A stretch of 64,000 nt of DNA from an uncultured Atribacterota bacterium (GTDB taxonomy: Bacteria; Atribacterota; Atribacteria; Atribacterales; Thermatribacteraceae): NCBI GenBank assembly GCA_964570785.1, contig CAZMZG010000003.1, positions 87 through 64,086 of the forward strand, written 5' to 3'. The notes under the pieces were generated by a model. That model worked only from the letters and a program-made list of their open reading frames with translations, was not told the DNA's origin and searched no databases. Position 1 is the stretch's first letter; the number at the start of each line of letters is the position of its first letter. Position numbers and translations under genes: made by a program. Shown here piece by piece: positions 46,541-60,300 of this stretch.

Positions 46541-47246
46541 ATTTATTGCAGGAATAGATCTTTCCTGGAGCTTAAAGAAGGATTCATGGGTTGCTCTTGC
46601 TGAGTTAAGAGATTCTTTTTATAGGTTTTGTGGTATTTTTACTTTAAAAACCCTTGTGGATTTTGATTACTTCTTTGCTTCCTATCCTTCCTTGTTGATA
46701 GCTGTCGACGCTCCGTTGCGGATTCCTGATTCTTGTTCCAATCGGAGACCAGAGAGAGAGCTTCTCCCACTTTTAAAAAAAGTGGGATGGGGCATACTGC
46801 CCATTAATCGTTCTTTTGTCTTTAGCAAATTTCCCATGCTTTTTGAGTTCCAGGATCTTTTGGAGAAACATTGTTTTTGGGTGGTTCCTGCTCCGGGTTG
46901 CTCTAAGAAGCGTGTGGCTATAGAAGTTTTTGCGTCCCTGAGCGCTATATCCTTATGTGGTGAGGTGGAGGCTGTTCGCCAGAGGAGTGAGGTATTTTGG
47001 GAAAAACTGTTTCCACGCTTCAAGGAAGAAGCTGGTTCTTTGTTCGCTGGCAACTTGGAAGAAGTCGTTCGTTCTTTACTTTTAGAAAGGCAAAAAAGCC
47101 GGGATGTGGTAGATGCACTTCTGTGTCTTTATACAGCCTGGGCTGCAGTGGTGTGTCCCGGACGAACCAGAGTTTTTGGAAATTCCAAGGAAGGATTTAT
47201 TGTTGTTCCTTTATCAAGGTCTTCCCCAGCTTGGCTAATTCTTTAG
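46527..47246 (+). CDS. DUF429-like protein (predicted RNase H-fold nuclease)
   Basis: IAGIDLSWS, IAVDAPLRIP and DVVDALLCLYTAWAA segments resemble DUF429 as I recall it. The start is uncertain (TTG 46527, overlapping the purF end). The 3' end overlaps the convergent flavodoxin gene by 50 nt. Confidence 0.5.
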   Translation: MKVYKFIAGIDLSWSLKKDSWVALAELRDSFYRFCGIFTLKTLVDFDYFFASYPSLLIAVDAPLRIPDSCSNRRPERELLPLLKKVGWGILPINRSFVFSKFPMLFEFQDLLEKHCFWVVPAPGCSKKRVAIEVFASLSAISLCGEVEAVRQRSEVFWEKLFPRFKEEAGSLFAGNLEEVVRSLLLERQKSRDVVDALLCLYTAWAAVVCPGRTRVFGNSKEGFIVVPLSRSSPAWLIL

Positions 47247-47679
47247 CATGCGCTATGCATTCTTTTCGGGTATCTTCTTCAAATGAGCCTACTGCTACAG
47301 GACCATAGTGATTTCCTGAATGGGTTCCTTTTATGATCATTCCGTGAATTAGTAGTGCAGAGAGTATTGACCAGATGGTGGTTTCATTGCCTCCTGCTAC
47401 ATTGCCTGAGGAAGTGAATGCTCCCCCAATTTTGCCGTCCAGCTTTCCATGGAGGCGGACACTCTCATCAAGTATCTGTTTTATTTCTGCAGCCATGGTT
47501 CCGTAATAGGTTGGTGAACCTACTACAATTATTTGGTATTCAGGTAATCTATCTACTGAAAAATTTTTTGCTTCCACAAGGTCGGTTTCGATACCTTCTT
47601 CTTCAAGAGCTTTGCTTATGGTTTCGGCCATTTTCTGGGTTATTCCAGTCCTGGTATAGTATAGTACCAGTGCTTTCAT
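47197..47679 (-). CDS. Flavodoxin-fold FMN protein (multimeric flavodoxin/WrbA-like)
   Basis: MKALVLYYTRTGITQKMAE, VGSPTYYG and GGAFTSSG motifs. ATG 47679 sits 8 nt after GAGGGGG. Confidence 0.8.
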   Translation of the reverse strand: MKALVLYYTRTGITQKMAETISKALEEEGIETDLVEAKNFSVDRLPEYQIIVVGSPTYYGTMAAEIKQILDESVRLHGKLDGKIGGAFTSSGNVAGGNETTIWSILSALLIHGMIIKGTHSGNHYGPVAVGSFEEDTRKECIAHAKELAKLGKTLIKEQQ

Positions 47680-47759
47680 TTTCACTACCCCCTCGCTCAT
47701 TTTTTTGATTTCTAATTGATAATTTTATCACGATATTATTGTAATTGAGGCAAGGGTTT

Positions 47760-47768
47760 GGTAAAATC
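47760..47768 (+). promoter_or_regulatory. Putative extended -10 promoter element of the V-ATPase operon
   Basis: TGgTAAAAT, 36 nt upstream of the first ATPase gene. No good -35 seen. Confidence 0.4.
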
Positions 47769-47803
47769 ACGAAGGTTATCATGAGGTCGGGAGGCTAACT
47801 TAG

Positions 47804-48116
47804 ATGGTTGTTAATGTTGTTGAGAGGATACGGGAGCTTGAGAAGAAGAAGGAGCAGGAAATCAGGGAAGCGGAAAGAGAAGCCACCAGGATTCTCCGGG
47901 AAGCAGATGTTAAGATCCGGGAGATAGGGGAAAAGCTTTTTCAAGAGACCCAGAAAGAGATAGAATCGATGAGAAAAAATAGAATGAAGGAAATTCAAAG
48001 GGAAGTGGCTCGTATACGGAAAGTTTATGAAGAGCAAGCGATGAGTTTTGAACGCCATTTTGCAGGTCGGCTTCCCGAAATGGTTGACTTTTTACTGGAG
48101 AAGGTGTGGGTAGAAT

Positions 48117-48130
<14 letters not shown>
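47804..48130 (+). CDS. V/A-type ATPase peripheral-stalk subunit (G/H-like; NtpF-like position)
   Basis: 108-aa charged coiled-coil protein as first gene of the operon. GGGAGG SD. Confidence 0.65.
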
Positions 48131-50596
<2,466 letters not shown>

Positions 50597-50610
50597 GGGC
50601 GTGCTTTTTT

Positions 50611-51201
50611 ATGTCTGTGGAGGATATCCTTCGTAAAATAGAGGAAGAGGCAGATTCAAGGAAAAAGTCCATCATTGAAGGAGCATATCTTGAAGCGGAG
50701 CGCAAGATAGAAAGTGCCGAAAAGGAGATAAAAAAGAAAATGCAGGCGCTCCTTGAAGAGGCAAGGTCGAAGATCGAGCTTGAGGGTCAGCGCTATCTTG
50801 CCGAAGCTCGCTTGCAGGGTAAAACTCTGCTTAGTGAAGCTAAATATAAACTGTTAAAAGAATTGCGTGAGGGCTTGAAAAAGGCCTTTTTTGAAAAAAT
50901 TGAAGAGGTGTATTCTCAGTGGTGTAAAAAGCTTTTGCTTGAGAATGTCCAGCAGGGTGACGAGATTTTTATGGCACCCGAAGAGCTTGAGCGGCTTGGC
51001 AATGACTTTGTTAAGGAACTGAGCGATGAGAGTTCGCTGAAGCTTGGTTTTGGAGGTAGGGCAGAAAAAATAGAAAGAGGCTTTTTGATTCGACGTGGAG
51101 GTTGTTTTATAAATTTAAGCTTTGAGGCTATTGTCGAAGACTTTTTGCGTCGAAATGAACAACTGGTTTCTCAGTTGCTTGCTCAGGGTGTTGCTCAATG
51201 A
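50611..51201 (+). CDS. atpE: V/A-type ATPase subunit E
   Basis: 196-aa protein with a long N-terminal charged helix and a globular C-terminus, in the expected operon position. Confidence 0.85.
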   Translation: MSVEDILRKIEEEADSRKKSIIEGAYLEAERKIESAEKEIKKKMQALLEEARSKIELEGQRYLAEARLQGKTLLSEAKYKLLKELREGLKKAFFEKIEEVYSQWCKKLLLENVQQGDEIFMAPEELERLGNDFVKELSDESSLKLGFGGRAEKIERGFLIRRGGCFINLSFEAIVEDFLRRNEQLVSQLLAQGVAQ

Positions 51202-52229
51202 AAACTTTTCTTCAAGTGCGTCCTGAAAGAAGCAGTAAATACGGTTATTTAATAGGTAGAGTTCGGGTTCTGGAGAAGAGCCTTTTAAGCGAAAAGATAC
51301 TGGAGTCCATGCTTAAAGCGGAATCTCTGGAACAGGCAATTAGGGTGGTTCAAGAGATTCCTTATCTTGGAGAAAAATTTCAGGCTTTGGAGTATAGACT
51401 GGAAGATCTCAACAGAACACTTAATGAACATCACTTCTGGGTAGTGAACGAAATAGCTTCTCACAAACTTGGCGAGAGCCTGGCGCAGTTTTTCACAATG
51501 CAATTCAACTTTTTGAGTTTAAAGCTGCAACTTAAAGCTTTCTTGGCTAAGAAAAATATAGAAAAGCCTCTAATGGGTACACTACAATGGTCAAGGATTC
51601 TGCGTTTTATAAATGGCGAGGCAGGAGAGTTTGTTCCAGAGCCTTACCGTTCAGCCATTCAGGAAGCAATGGCTCTCTATGAAGAATATTCTAACATTCA
51701 GGCTGTTGAGCTGGTCATGGATAGGTTTTACTTAGCAGAGCTGCTGAAGTTTTATAGTGAGTCCAGCAACAAAGTTATTCGTAACTGGTATTTGGCTTAC
51801 GTGGTTTTGAGCTTACTACAAGTTGCTCTAAGGTTGCGTCTTCAGCAGAGGAAGCTTGATTTTGCGATGAATATTTTTCTGGAGAATTCCTTTCTAAAAT
51901 CCTCTGATTTTAAGGTTTTGGTTACCGGTTCTCCCGAAAAAGTTCCGGAGGTCTTCGGTTCTTTGGGTTTGGCGTTTCTTTTACCCGAAGAAGATTCATA
52001 TCGTGATGATCCAGCTTTTTTGGCAGACATGGAAAGAAACATAGATAACTATCTTTTGGAACATTTAAAGCCCTATCGCATTGTTTCTACTGGTCCTGAG
52101 CCCATTTTCGGGTTTCTCTTTGCCAAGGCCTTAGACATCAAGAATTTACGCATTGTTTTGCAGGGTAAGTATTTTGGGTTACCCGAGAATGTTTTACGCC
52201 GGAAAATTCGGGAGTGTTACTATGAGTAA
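51198..52229 (+). CDS. atpC: V/A-type ATPase subunit C (d-type)
   Basis: 343 aa, YGYLIGRVRVLEKSLL N-terminus. ATGA overlap with atpE. Confidence 0.85.
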   Translation: MKTFLQVRPERSSKYGYLIGRVRVLEKSLLSEKILESMLKAESLEQAIRVVQEIPYLGEKFQALEYRLEDLNRTLNEHHFWVVNEIASHKLGESLAQFFTMQFNFLSLKLQLKAFLAKKNIEKPLMGTLQWSRILRFINGEAGEFVPEPYRSAIQEAMALYEEYSNIQAVELVMDRFYLAELLKFYSESSNKVIRNWYLAYVVLSLLQVALRLRLQQRKLDFAMNIFLENSFLKSSDFKVLVTGSPEKVPEVFGSLGLAFLLPEEDSYRDDPAFLADMERNIDNYLLEHLKPYRIVSTGPEPIFGFLFAKALDIKNLRIVLQGKYFGLPENVLRRKIRECYYE

Positions 52230-52551
52230 GATAAAGCTTGCTTTTGTGGGTGGAGAGGAAAATACCCTTTGTTTTCGAGGTATGGGTTTTGATGTTTTCG
52301 TGGTTAAGGAAAATTTGGAATTGCGGGAAATGCTCCAGGAGATAAGGAGTGCCAATTATGCTATTATTTTTACCGAATGGCGTTTTTATCCAGCATTGAA
52401 GGCTTTTTTTGAGGATTTACGCTCTGAGGCATTGCCGGTGATTTGCCCTATTCCTACCAGAAGGGCTGAAATTGGCAAGGGTGCAGATACTATTAAGAAG
52501 CTAGTAGAACTTGCTATTGGAAGCAAAATATTGCTTCAGGGAGAGGAATGA
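52222..52551 (+). CDS. atpF: V/A-type ATPase subunit F
   Basis: [23 protein letters not shown]-terminus. ATG 52222 overlaps the atpC stop. Confidence 0.85.
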   Translation: MSKIKLAFVGGEENTLCFRGMGFDVFVVKENLELREMLQEIRSANYAIIFTEWRFYPALKAFFEDLRSEALPVICPIPTRRAEIGKGADTIKKLVELAIGSKILLQGEE

Positions 52552-54344
52552 TGATGGAGTTGAAAGATCAGAGAGCGGGGCGTGTATTTAGTGTCAATGG
52601 TCCGGTGGTGATTGCCGAAGACCTTTATGGAGCCAAAATGTATGATATGGTTAAAGTTGGTGAAAAAGGCCTTTTTGGAGAGATTATAGGGGTTGAAGGT
52701 AATAAGGTAACCATTCAGGTTTACGAGGAAACCGCAGGTATCAGACCTGCGGAACCAGTGGTGAGTACTTATGAACCGCTGAGCGTTGAGCTTGGCCCAG
52801 GCCTCGTAGGGTGTATTTTCGATGGAACACAACGCCCTCTGGAGTTGATAAGGGAAAGTTCAGGAGACTTTATTGCTCGGGGTGTAGAGCTTCCTGCTCT
52901 CAGGCGTGACAAGAAGTGGGAGTTTAAACCACTGGTTAAAGAAGGCAGTGAAGTGGAGCCTGGAGACATTCTTGGAGAAGTGCAGGAGACGACGACCATT
53001 AAGCATCGTATTATGGTGCCTCCTGGTATTGGGGGTAGAATTGTGGAAATAAAAGAAGGAGCATTTACTGTTGAGGAGGTTATAGCAGTTGTAGAGGATA
53101 AAGAGGGCAGGAACCAGGAAATTAAAATGTTACAGAAGTGGCCGGTCAGAACTCCTCGTCCTTATCGTAGGAAACTGCCCCTTAGTGAACCTTTGTTGAC
53201 TGGCCAGAGAGTTATAGACACTTTCTTCCCAATTGCTAAGGGTGGAGTGGCCTGTATTCCAGGGCCCTTTGGTAGCGGTAAAACGGTGGTACAGCATCAG
53301 CTTGCCAAGTGGTCTAACGCTGATCTGGTCGTTTTTATAGGTTGCGGTGAACGGGGTAACGAAATGACAGACGTTTTGATGGAGTTTCCCGAGCTTATTG
53401 ACCCCTATACTGGCGAGCCCCTTATGAAAAGGACAGTTTTGATAGCCAACACTTCCAACATGCCAGTTGCAGCTCGCGAGGCTTCGGTTTATACAGGCAT
53501 AACCATTGCTGAATACTATAGAGATATGGGTTACAGTGTTGCCCTGATGGCTGATTCTACTTCGCGCTGGGCCGAAGCAATGCGCGAAATATCCGGTCGT
53601 CTTGAGGAAATGCCTGGTGAAGAGGGTTTCCCAGCCTATTTGGGCACGAGAATTGCCAGCTTTTACGAACGGGCAGGTAAAGTCCAGTGTCTGGGGAGTG
53701 AGGGACGTTCAGGTTCTCTAAGCGTTATAGGTGCAGTCTCTCCTCCAGGAGGTGATCTTTCCGAACCGGTTACCCAGAACACTTTACGAGTGGTGCAGGT
53801 TTTCTGGGGACTTGAGGATCGTTTAGCATACCGTCGACATTTCCCTGCCATCAACTGGTTAATCAGTTATTCGCTTTATTTGCAGCACCTTGAGGAGTAC
53901 TGTAAAAAGGAAGTAGCTGCTGATTTTTCGAGTAAGCGTGCTGAAGCGATGCGAATTCTGCAGCAAGAAGCTGAGCTGGAAGAAGTTGTACGTCTGGTTG
54001 GTGTTGAGTCGCTTTCTTCACGAGAAAGGTTTGTTCTTGAAATAGCGCGCTCTATCCGTGAAGATTTTCTCCAGCAGAATGCTTTTCAGGAAATTGATAC
54101 CTATACTTCCTTGAAAAAACAGTATCTCATGTTGAGCGCTATTCTGATTTATTATCGGGAAGGGATGCAGGCCATTGAGCGGGGGTTATCATTGAAAGAG
54201 TTGCTGACTATCCCGGCTCGGGAAAAAATTGGGAGGATGAAGTATATTCCTGAAGAGGAGCTGGAAAAGATAGAGCGGCTTGCTGAGGAAATTCGGAGTC
54301 AGATTCAAGAAAAACTGCAGGGTGAGGTTGAAAGCAATGTATAA
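52548..54344 (+). CDS. atpA: V/A-type ATPase catalytic subunit A
   Basis: GPFGSGKTV Walker A, non-homologous-region insert, 598 aa. ATGA overlap with atpF. Confidence 0.97.
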   Translation: MMMELKDQRAGRVFSVNGPVVIAEDLYGAKMYDMVKVGEKGLFGEIIGVEGNKVTIQVYEETAGIRPAEPVVSTYEPLSVELGPGLVGCIFDGTQRPLELIRESSGDFIARGVELPALRRDKKWEFKPLVKEGSEVEPGDILGEVQETTTIKHRIMVPPGIGGRIVEIKEGAFTVEEVIAVVEDKEGRNQEIKMLQKWPVRTPRPYRRKLPLSEPLLTGQRVIDTFFPIAKGGVACIPGPFGSGKTVVQHQLAKWSNADLVVFIGCGERGNEMTDVLMEFPELIDPYTGEPLMKRTVLIANTSNMPVAAREASVYTGITIAEYYRDMGYSVALMADSTSRWAEAMREISGRLEEMPGEEGFPAYLGTRIASFYERAGKVQCLGSEGRSGSLSVIGAVSPPGGDLSEPVTQNTLRVVQVFWGLEDRLAYRRHFPAINWLISYSLYLQHLEEYCKKEVAADFSSKRAEAMRILQQEAELEEVVRLVGVESLSSRERFVLEIARSIREDFLQQNAFQEIDTYTSLKKQYLMLSAILIYYREGMQAIERGLSLKELLTIPAREKIGRMKYIPEEELEKIERLAEEIRSQIQEKLQGEVESNV

Positions 54345-55731
54345 GGAATTTACCTCTGTTTCCGAGATTCATGGACCCTTGCTGGTAGTTGAAGAAGTTC
54401 AGGATGCCCGTTACATGGAGATTGTGGAGATAGAGCTTCAGGATGGCTCTATTAAGAGAGGGCAAGTTTTAATGACCAGCGCGGGCAGAGCGCTTGTGCA
54501 GGTTTTTGAAGGAACGGAAGGTATTGGTGTTGGTCAGACCAAGGTGCGTTTTCTGGGAAGAATTATGGAGTTACCAGTTTCTGAGGATATCTTGGGTAGA
54601 ATCTTCAGCGGTTCTGGTGTCCCCATAGATGGAGGGCCTCCCGTTGTTCCTGATGCCCGGATGGACATTAACGGTAACCCCATCAATCCGGTGGCACGTG
54701 ATTATCCCGTTGATTTTATTCAAACTGGTATTTCTGCAATTGATGGTCTTAATACTCTGGTTAGGGGACAAAAACTACCCATATTTTCTGGATCGGGACT
54801 TCCTCACGCCCGTCTTGCAGCACAGATAGCTCGACAGTCCAGAGTACTGGGAGAAGAAGAAAAGTTTGCTGTAGTGTTTGGTGCTTTAGGTATTACCTTT
54901 GAAGAGGCTAATTATTTCATATCTGAGCTAAGGAACACGGGGGCTATAGAGCGCTCAATTCTTTTTGTAAACCTGGCTAACGACCCTGCCATAGAAAGAA
55001 TAATCACTCCTCGAATGGCTCTTACTGCTGCTGAGTTTTTGGCCTTTGAGATGGATATGCAAGTTCTGGTTGTTCTGACCGACATGACTAACTATTGTGA
55101 AGCGTTGCGTGAGGTTTCAGCAGCACGAAGAGAAGTGCCTGGTCGTAGAGGTTATCCAGGCTATCTTTATACTGACCTTGCTACTATGTACGAGCGGGCT
55201 GGGAGAATAAGAGGTAAGAGGGGCTCTATTACTCAAATTCCGATTTTGACCATGCCTGAGGACGATAAAACTCATCCCATACCTGACCTTACTGGATACA
55301 TTACTGAAGGACAAATCATTCTCAGTAGGCAACTCCATCGCAGAGGTATTTATCCACCAATTGATGTTTTGCCTTCTCTCTCTCGTTTAAGAGATAAAGG
55401 TATTGGTTCTGGTAAAACTCGGGAAGACCACGCGGATGTGGCTAATCAGCTGTTTGCTGCTTATGCGAGAGGCAGGGAAGCTGCGGAACTGGCAGCAATC
55501 CTTGGGGAGAGTTCGCTTACGGATCTAGACCGCTTGTATATGAAGTTTGCAGATGCTTTTGAAGATAGGTTTGTTCGACAGGGAGAATACGAAAACAGAA
55601 GCATAGAGCAAACTCTTGAAATTGGATGGAATCTGCTTCGGATGCTCCCAAGGGAAGAGTTGAAACGTATTAGAGATGCCTATCTTGATAGATTTTATGG
55701 AAAGAAAGCTTCTGAAGGTGAGGGTGCGTAG
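54337..55731 (+). CDS. atpB: V/A-type ATPase subunit B
   Basis: 464 aa from ATG 54337, overlapping the atpA stop. Typical B-subunit sequence ([15 protein letters not shown]). Confidence 0.95.
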   Translation: MYKEFTSVSEIHGPLLVVEEVQDARYMEIVEIELQDGSIKRGQVLMTSAGRALVQVFEGTEGIGVGQTKVRFLGRIMELPVSEDILGRIFSGSGVPIDGGPPVVPDARMDINGNPINPVARDYPVDFIQTGISAIDGLNTLVRGQKLPIFSGSGLPHARLAAQIARQSRVLGEEEKFAVVFGALGITFEEANYFISELRNTGAIERSILFVNLANDPAIERIITPRMALTAAEFLAFEMDMQVLVVLTDMTNYCEALREVSAARREVPGRRGYPGYLYTDLATMYERAGRIRGKRGSITQIPILTMPEDDKTHPIPDLTGYITEGQIILSRQLHRRGIYPPIDVLPSLSRLRDKGIGSGKTREDHADVANQLFAAYARGREAAELAAILGESSLTDLDRLYMKFADAFEDRFVRQGEYENRSIEQTLEIGWNLLRMLPREELKRIRDAYLDRFYGKKASEGEGA

Positions 55732-55734
55732 TCG

Positions 55735-56349
55735 ATGCGTTTAAATGTAAATCCTAATCGCATGCAGCTGATGAAGTTGAGAAATAGGCTTTCCATGGCT
55801 CGCAGGGGTCATAAACTATTAAAGGACAAACTGGAAGCCTTGATTCAGGATTTTGTGAAAATACTCAGAGAAAACAGCACCCTTCGCCAGCAAATTGAAG
55901 CAGAAATCGTAAAAGCTTTTGAAGCTCAAAGCAAAGCTGCCTTAATGCTTCGCTCTGAAGATAAGGAATTAATTACTGTCTTCCCTCAACAGAGATTAGA
56001 ATTGGAAATGGAAGTACGATTCATAACCGGAGTAAGGGTTCCACATTTTGAAGTACGTGTAGAGGGAGACCCTTACACTTATGGGGTTATTCACACTCCA
56101 GCAGAGGTTGATGAAGCTTTTAGTTCTTTCTTTAGGGTCTTGCCTTTGATGATTCGTCTTGCTGAAGCTGAGAAAGCCATTGAGCTTTTAGCTGTTGAGA
56201 TAGAGAAAACTCGGAGGCGGGTTAACGCTTTGGAATACGTGCTGATTCCCAATTTAGAAGAGACAATAAAATATATAACCCTTAAACTTGACGAGCTGGC
56301 CCGTTCCTCCCTGACCAGCATCATGAGGATAAAAGGGTCGTTGCGTTAA
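55735..56349 (+). CDS. atpD: V/A-type ATPase central-stalk subunit D
   Basis: NPNRMQLMKLRNRLSMARRGHKLLKDK N-terminus, 204 aa. Confidence 0.9.
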   Translation: MRLNVNPNRMQLMKLRNRLSMARRGHKLLKDKLEALIQDFVKILRENSTLRQQIEAEIVKAFEAQSKAALMLRSEDKELITVFPQQRLELEMEVRFITGVRVPHFEVRVEGDPYTYGVIHTPAEVDEAFSSFFRVLPLMIRLAEAEKAIELLAVEIEKTRRRVNALEYVLIPNLEETIKYITLKLDELARSSLTSIMRIKGSLR

Positions 56350-57084
56350 TTGCGCATAGCGTTACTTGCTGATGTTCATGGGAACTTAGATGCCCTGCAG
56401 GCTATAGCTGGATTTCTTAAGGATATTGATTCTCTGTATGTTTTGGGAGATGTTATTGGTTATGGTCCGCAGCCCGCTGAGTGTCTAAGCTGGCTTAAGG
56501 AAAGAAGAGCAAAAATCCTGATGGGCAACCACGAAGCTGCATGCGTAGGCATTATCCCCCTGGAGTGGTTTAATCCTGTCGCCCACGAAGCCCTGGCCTG
56601 GACCAGAAAAGTTCTTCCTGCTAAGGATCTGAGGTTTATTCAGTCCCTTCCGCTCCGCGAAGTTTTGGCAGAGGGAATTCTGGGAGTTCATGGTACCCTT
56701 AGTAATCCCCTCGAGGAATACCTCACTGATTACAGGCAGGCGCTAAGAGATTTGAAGCATTTTTCTTTTAAGGTCTGTCTTTTTGCTCACACTCATGTTG
56801 CTGAGGGATATGTTTGGGATGAGGAGCAGAAAGCAATCCGCAAATTTTCTATGAAAGAGGGAGGAGAACTTCTTTTAGAAGAAGGCAAAAGATATCTTGT
56901 GAATTGTGGTAGTGTAGGACAACCGCGTGATGGCGATTCCAGGGCTTGTTTTTCAATATTTGATACCTATGAAAAAAAGATTTATGTGAAGCGAGTACAT
57001 TATCCCATCGAGGAAACAGCTTCAAAAATTTTGAAAGCCGGTCTTCCTGCTGTTCTTGCCATGCGTCTTTTCCAGGGAAGATAG
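56350..57084 (+). CDS. Metallophosphoesterase (calcineurin-like, YfcE/MJ0936-type)
   Basis: DVHGN, GDVIGYG, GNHE, GVHGT and HTH motifs. The TTG start abuts the atpD stop. Confidence 0.8.
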   Translation: MRIALLADVHGNLDALQAIAGFLKDIDSLYVLGDVIGYGPQPAECLSWLKERRAKILMGNHEAACVGIIPLEWFNPVAHEALAWTRKVLPAKDLRFIQSLPLREVLAEGILGVHGTLSNPLEEYLTDYRQALRDLKHFSFKVCLFAHTHVAEGYVWDEEQKAIRKFSMKEGGELLLEEGKRYLVNCGSVGQPRDGDSRACFSIFDTYEKKIYVKRVHYPIEETASKILKAGLPAVLAMRLFQGR

Positions 57085-57140
57085 ATATATAGGTATTAGA
57101 TATAGACCCCATCAGCTTCCTAAAAATTTTGAAAAATTTG

Positions 57141-57169
57141 TTGACACTAATTGACAAATCTTCTATAAT
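57141..57169 (+). promoter_or_regulatory. Consensus sigma70-type promoter upstream of rpoB
   Basis: TTGACA (57141-57146), exactly 17-nt spacer, TATAAT (57164-57169). About 140 nt upstream of the rpoB GTG. Confidence 0.7.
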
Positions 57170-57311
57170 AGGCCCTTGCTTGTTCTGGTGCTTTGAAAAA
57201 TGGAGAGTGTTGGTGTTTTCTTCTTTAAGAAATTCCATTTGGTTCTTATTATTTCGATCTTGCATGACATATGCCCGATTTAAGCCTAATCCCTCAAAGG
57301 TGGTGTAGTGG

Positions 57312-60300
57312 GTGAGCACAAGATATATTGAAAGGCAAAGCTTTGCCAAACTTACCTCTTCTTTCCCTTTGCCTGACTTTGTGGAGATTCAGAAAGAATC
57401 TTTCCGGTGGTTTTTGCAGAAAGATGTACCCCCAGAGCAAAGGAAGAAACAGGGTTTGCATGAGGTTTTTATGGAGGTTTTCCCGGTCCAGGATTTTACT
57501 GGTAACTTGGTTCTTGAATACTTGGGTTACCGCGTGGAAGAGCCTCCTTATTCAGTTAGAGAGTGCAAGGAGCGGGGTAGGACTTACGCTTCTCCTCTAT
57601 ATGTGAGAATTCGCCTTATTGACCGCAGAACTGGTGAAATAAAAGAACAGGATGTTTATATGGGAGATCTTCCCATCATGACGGAGCGGGGGACTTTTGT
57701 TGTTAACGGTGCGGAAAGAGTTGTGGTGACCCAGTTGATACGTTCCCCAGGAATGTTTTTTTCTAAGGAAATAACCCAAACTGGCAAGGTAGAGTATGGC
57801 TTTAAAATCGTTCCCAACCGCGGTGCCTGGCTGGAATTTGGTGTTGACCCTGGAGACGTGATTTTTGTCAGAATCGATAAACGTAGGAAGATAAATGCAG
57901 TAACCCTGGTGCGAGCACTTGGCTTTAGTGATGATGAAGAAATTCTTGCCCTTTTTGATTACCATCCTTTTATTCGCAGAACCTTGGAAAGGGATAATAC
58001 CGAGAACACCAGGGAAGCGGTCGTGGATATTTTCAGAAGGCTACGACCCAGTGAGCCACCCACCGAGGAAAATACGCGCAACTTTATAAGATATTTGTTT
58101 TTTGATCCCCGTCATTACGACCTGGGAAAAGTGGGAAGATACAAGATTAACAACAAGTTGAAACTCGAAGAGCGGCTGGTGGGAATTGAAGAATTGGCTG
58201 TGGCAGAAGATGTGATTCTGGACCTTGAAGAACGCAGGGTCATTCGAGATTTTAACCTCATTGCCGATGATTCCAATAGTGGGCGTTTTCAGACTGTGGT
58301 ACGGGTGGGAGACCGTGTAGATCGAGAACTTGCCTGGAAACTGGAAGAACTAAATTTTGAATTCCCTATAGAGTATGTAAAAATCCTCAATGAGGAAGGC
58401 TTACCGGTTAAGGTTTATATAGAGAAAGACTTTACTGAGGAGGCGCTTTCTGAGGAACTTGAAGGAAGAGTACTCAGCAAAGATGTTGTTGATCTGGAAA
58501 CCGGTGAAGTCTTTTTGAAGGCCGGAGAAGAGCTTACTATAGAGAGCATTCATTATCTTATGCGGGCTGGGGTGGAGAAGGTTGTAGTGAAGAAAGGTAG
58601 GACACTTACTCCCCAGGATGTTGTGGGTGGTTTGAGATATCTTCTGAACCTTATAGACGGCATAGGATATGACGATGATATCGACCACTTGGGTAACAGA
58701 CGAGCCCGCCCGGTGGGAGAGCTTTTACAGAATCAGTTCCGCACTGGTTTGCTAAGAGTCGAAAAAGTTATTCGAGAAAGAATGACTATCCAGAATGATT
58801 CTGAATCAATTACTCCTCAGAGCCTAATTAACATTCGCCCTGTAGTTGCTGCTATTCGTGAGTTCTTTGGTAGCAACCCCTTGTCGCAGTTTATGGATCA
58901 GGTGAACCCTCTTTCCGAGTTGACTCATAAAAGAAGGTTGAGCGCACTTGGTCCAGGGGGTTTACAGCGTGATCGTGCAGGCTTTGAGGTCAGAGATGTT
59001 CATTATACTCATTATGGGAGAATGTGCCCTATCGAGACCCCCGAAGGGCCTAACATTGGTTTAATTTCCTCTCTTTGTGTTTACGCAAGGGTGAATGAGT
59101 TTGGATTTTTGGAGACCCCTTATCGGCGTGTTGTCAATGGTAAAGTTACCGATGAGGTGGTGTATCTCTCTGCTGACGAAGAGGACAGGTATCATATTGC
59201 TCCCTGCGATGTGGAGGTTGATGCTGAGGGTCGAATTGTTAAGGAGAAGGCCGTAGTTCGTTTTAGAGGCAAGATTGTAGAAGTTTCTCGCGAGAAAGTT
59301 GAATTTATGGATGTTTCGCCACAGCAGATTATCAGTGCTTCGGCTTCCTTGATTCCTTTTCTGGAACACAACGACGCGAACCGAGCTTTGATGGGCACTA
59401 ACATGCAACGTCAGGCAGTTCCCCTTCTTAGGACCCAGCCTCCTTATGTGGGCACTGGTATAGAATACAAAGTTGCCCAGGATTCGGGAGCTACAGTTGT
59501 GGCTCGCAATAGTGGTGTTGTCAGGAAGGTGGATGCTTCAAAGATAGAAGTAGAAACTGATTCGGGTTTGATGGACATTTACTGGTTGGATAAGTTTCAA
59601 CGTTCCAATCAGAGTACCTGCATCAATCATAAACCTTTGGTTCGAGTCGGCGATCGGGTGGAGGTAGGTCAGATAATTGCTGATGGCCCATGCACCTCTA
59701 TGGGTGAAATTGCTCTGGGTAGAAATGTTCTGGTAGCTTTTATGCCTTGGGAAGGGGAGAACTTTGAAGACGCTATATTAATTAGCGAACGCCTGGTTAA
59801 GGAAGATATTTTTACTTCCGTTCACATTGAAGAATATGAAGTGGAGGCGCGTGATACCAAGCTGGGTCCCGAAGAAATCACCAGAGATATACCTAACTTG
59901 GGAGAAGAAGCGTTGAGAGACCTTGATGAAGAGGGAATCATAAGAATTGGGGCCAATGTAAAGCCAGGTGATATCCTGGTTGGCAAAGTTACTCCAAAAG
60001 GAGAGACGGAGCTAACCCCGGAGGAGCGTTTGCTGCGGGCTATTTTTGGCGAGAAAGCCCGTGAGGTTCGTGACACTTCTTTGCGAGTTCCCCACGGAGA
60101 ATATGGCAAGGTAATAGATGTTAAGGTGTTTTCTCGTGAAGCGGGGGACGAATTAGCTCCGGGAGTCAACAAGCTGGTTAAGGTTTATGTTGCCCAGAAG
60201 AGAAAGATTACCGTGGGAGACAAGATGGCTGGAAGGCATGGCAATAAGGGAGTTATTGCTCGTATTCTTCCTGAAGAGGACATGCCCTTTTTGCCGGATG

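Noticed and set aside
56350-57084. Metallophosphoesterase as a novel V-ATPase accessory subunit
   Set aside because: Its TTG abuts the atpD stop, so it is probably co-transcribed. However, it is a generic YfcE/MJ0936-type phosphoesterase, and I have no evidence of a functional link beyond adjacency.
57200-57283. 27-codon ORF (MESVGVFFFKKFHLVLIISILHDICPI) in the rpoB leader
   Set aside because: It has no SD (it is preceded by GCTTTGAAAA). A hydrophobic peptide of this kind is expected by chance in T-rich sequence. I mention it only as something to test when the leader is analysed.
56849-57349. 166-aa minus-strand ORF spanning the rpoB upstream region
   Set aside because: It overlaps the metallophosphoesterase 3' end, the consensus promoter and the rpoB start. 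It has no SD and no recognisable motif, so it is most likely spurious.
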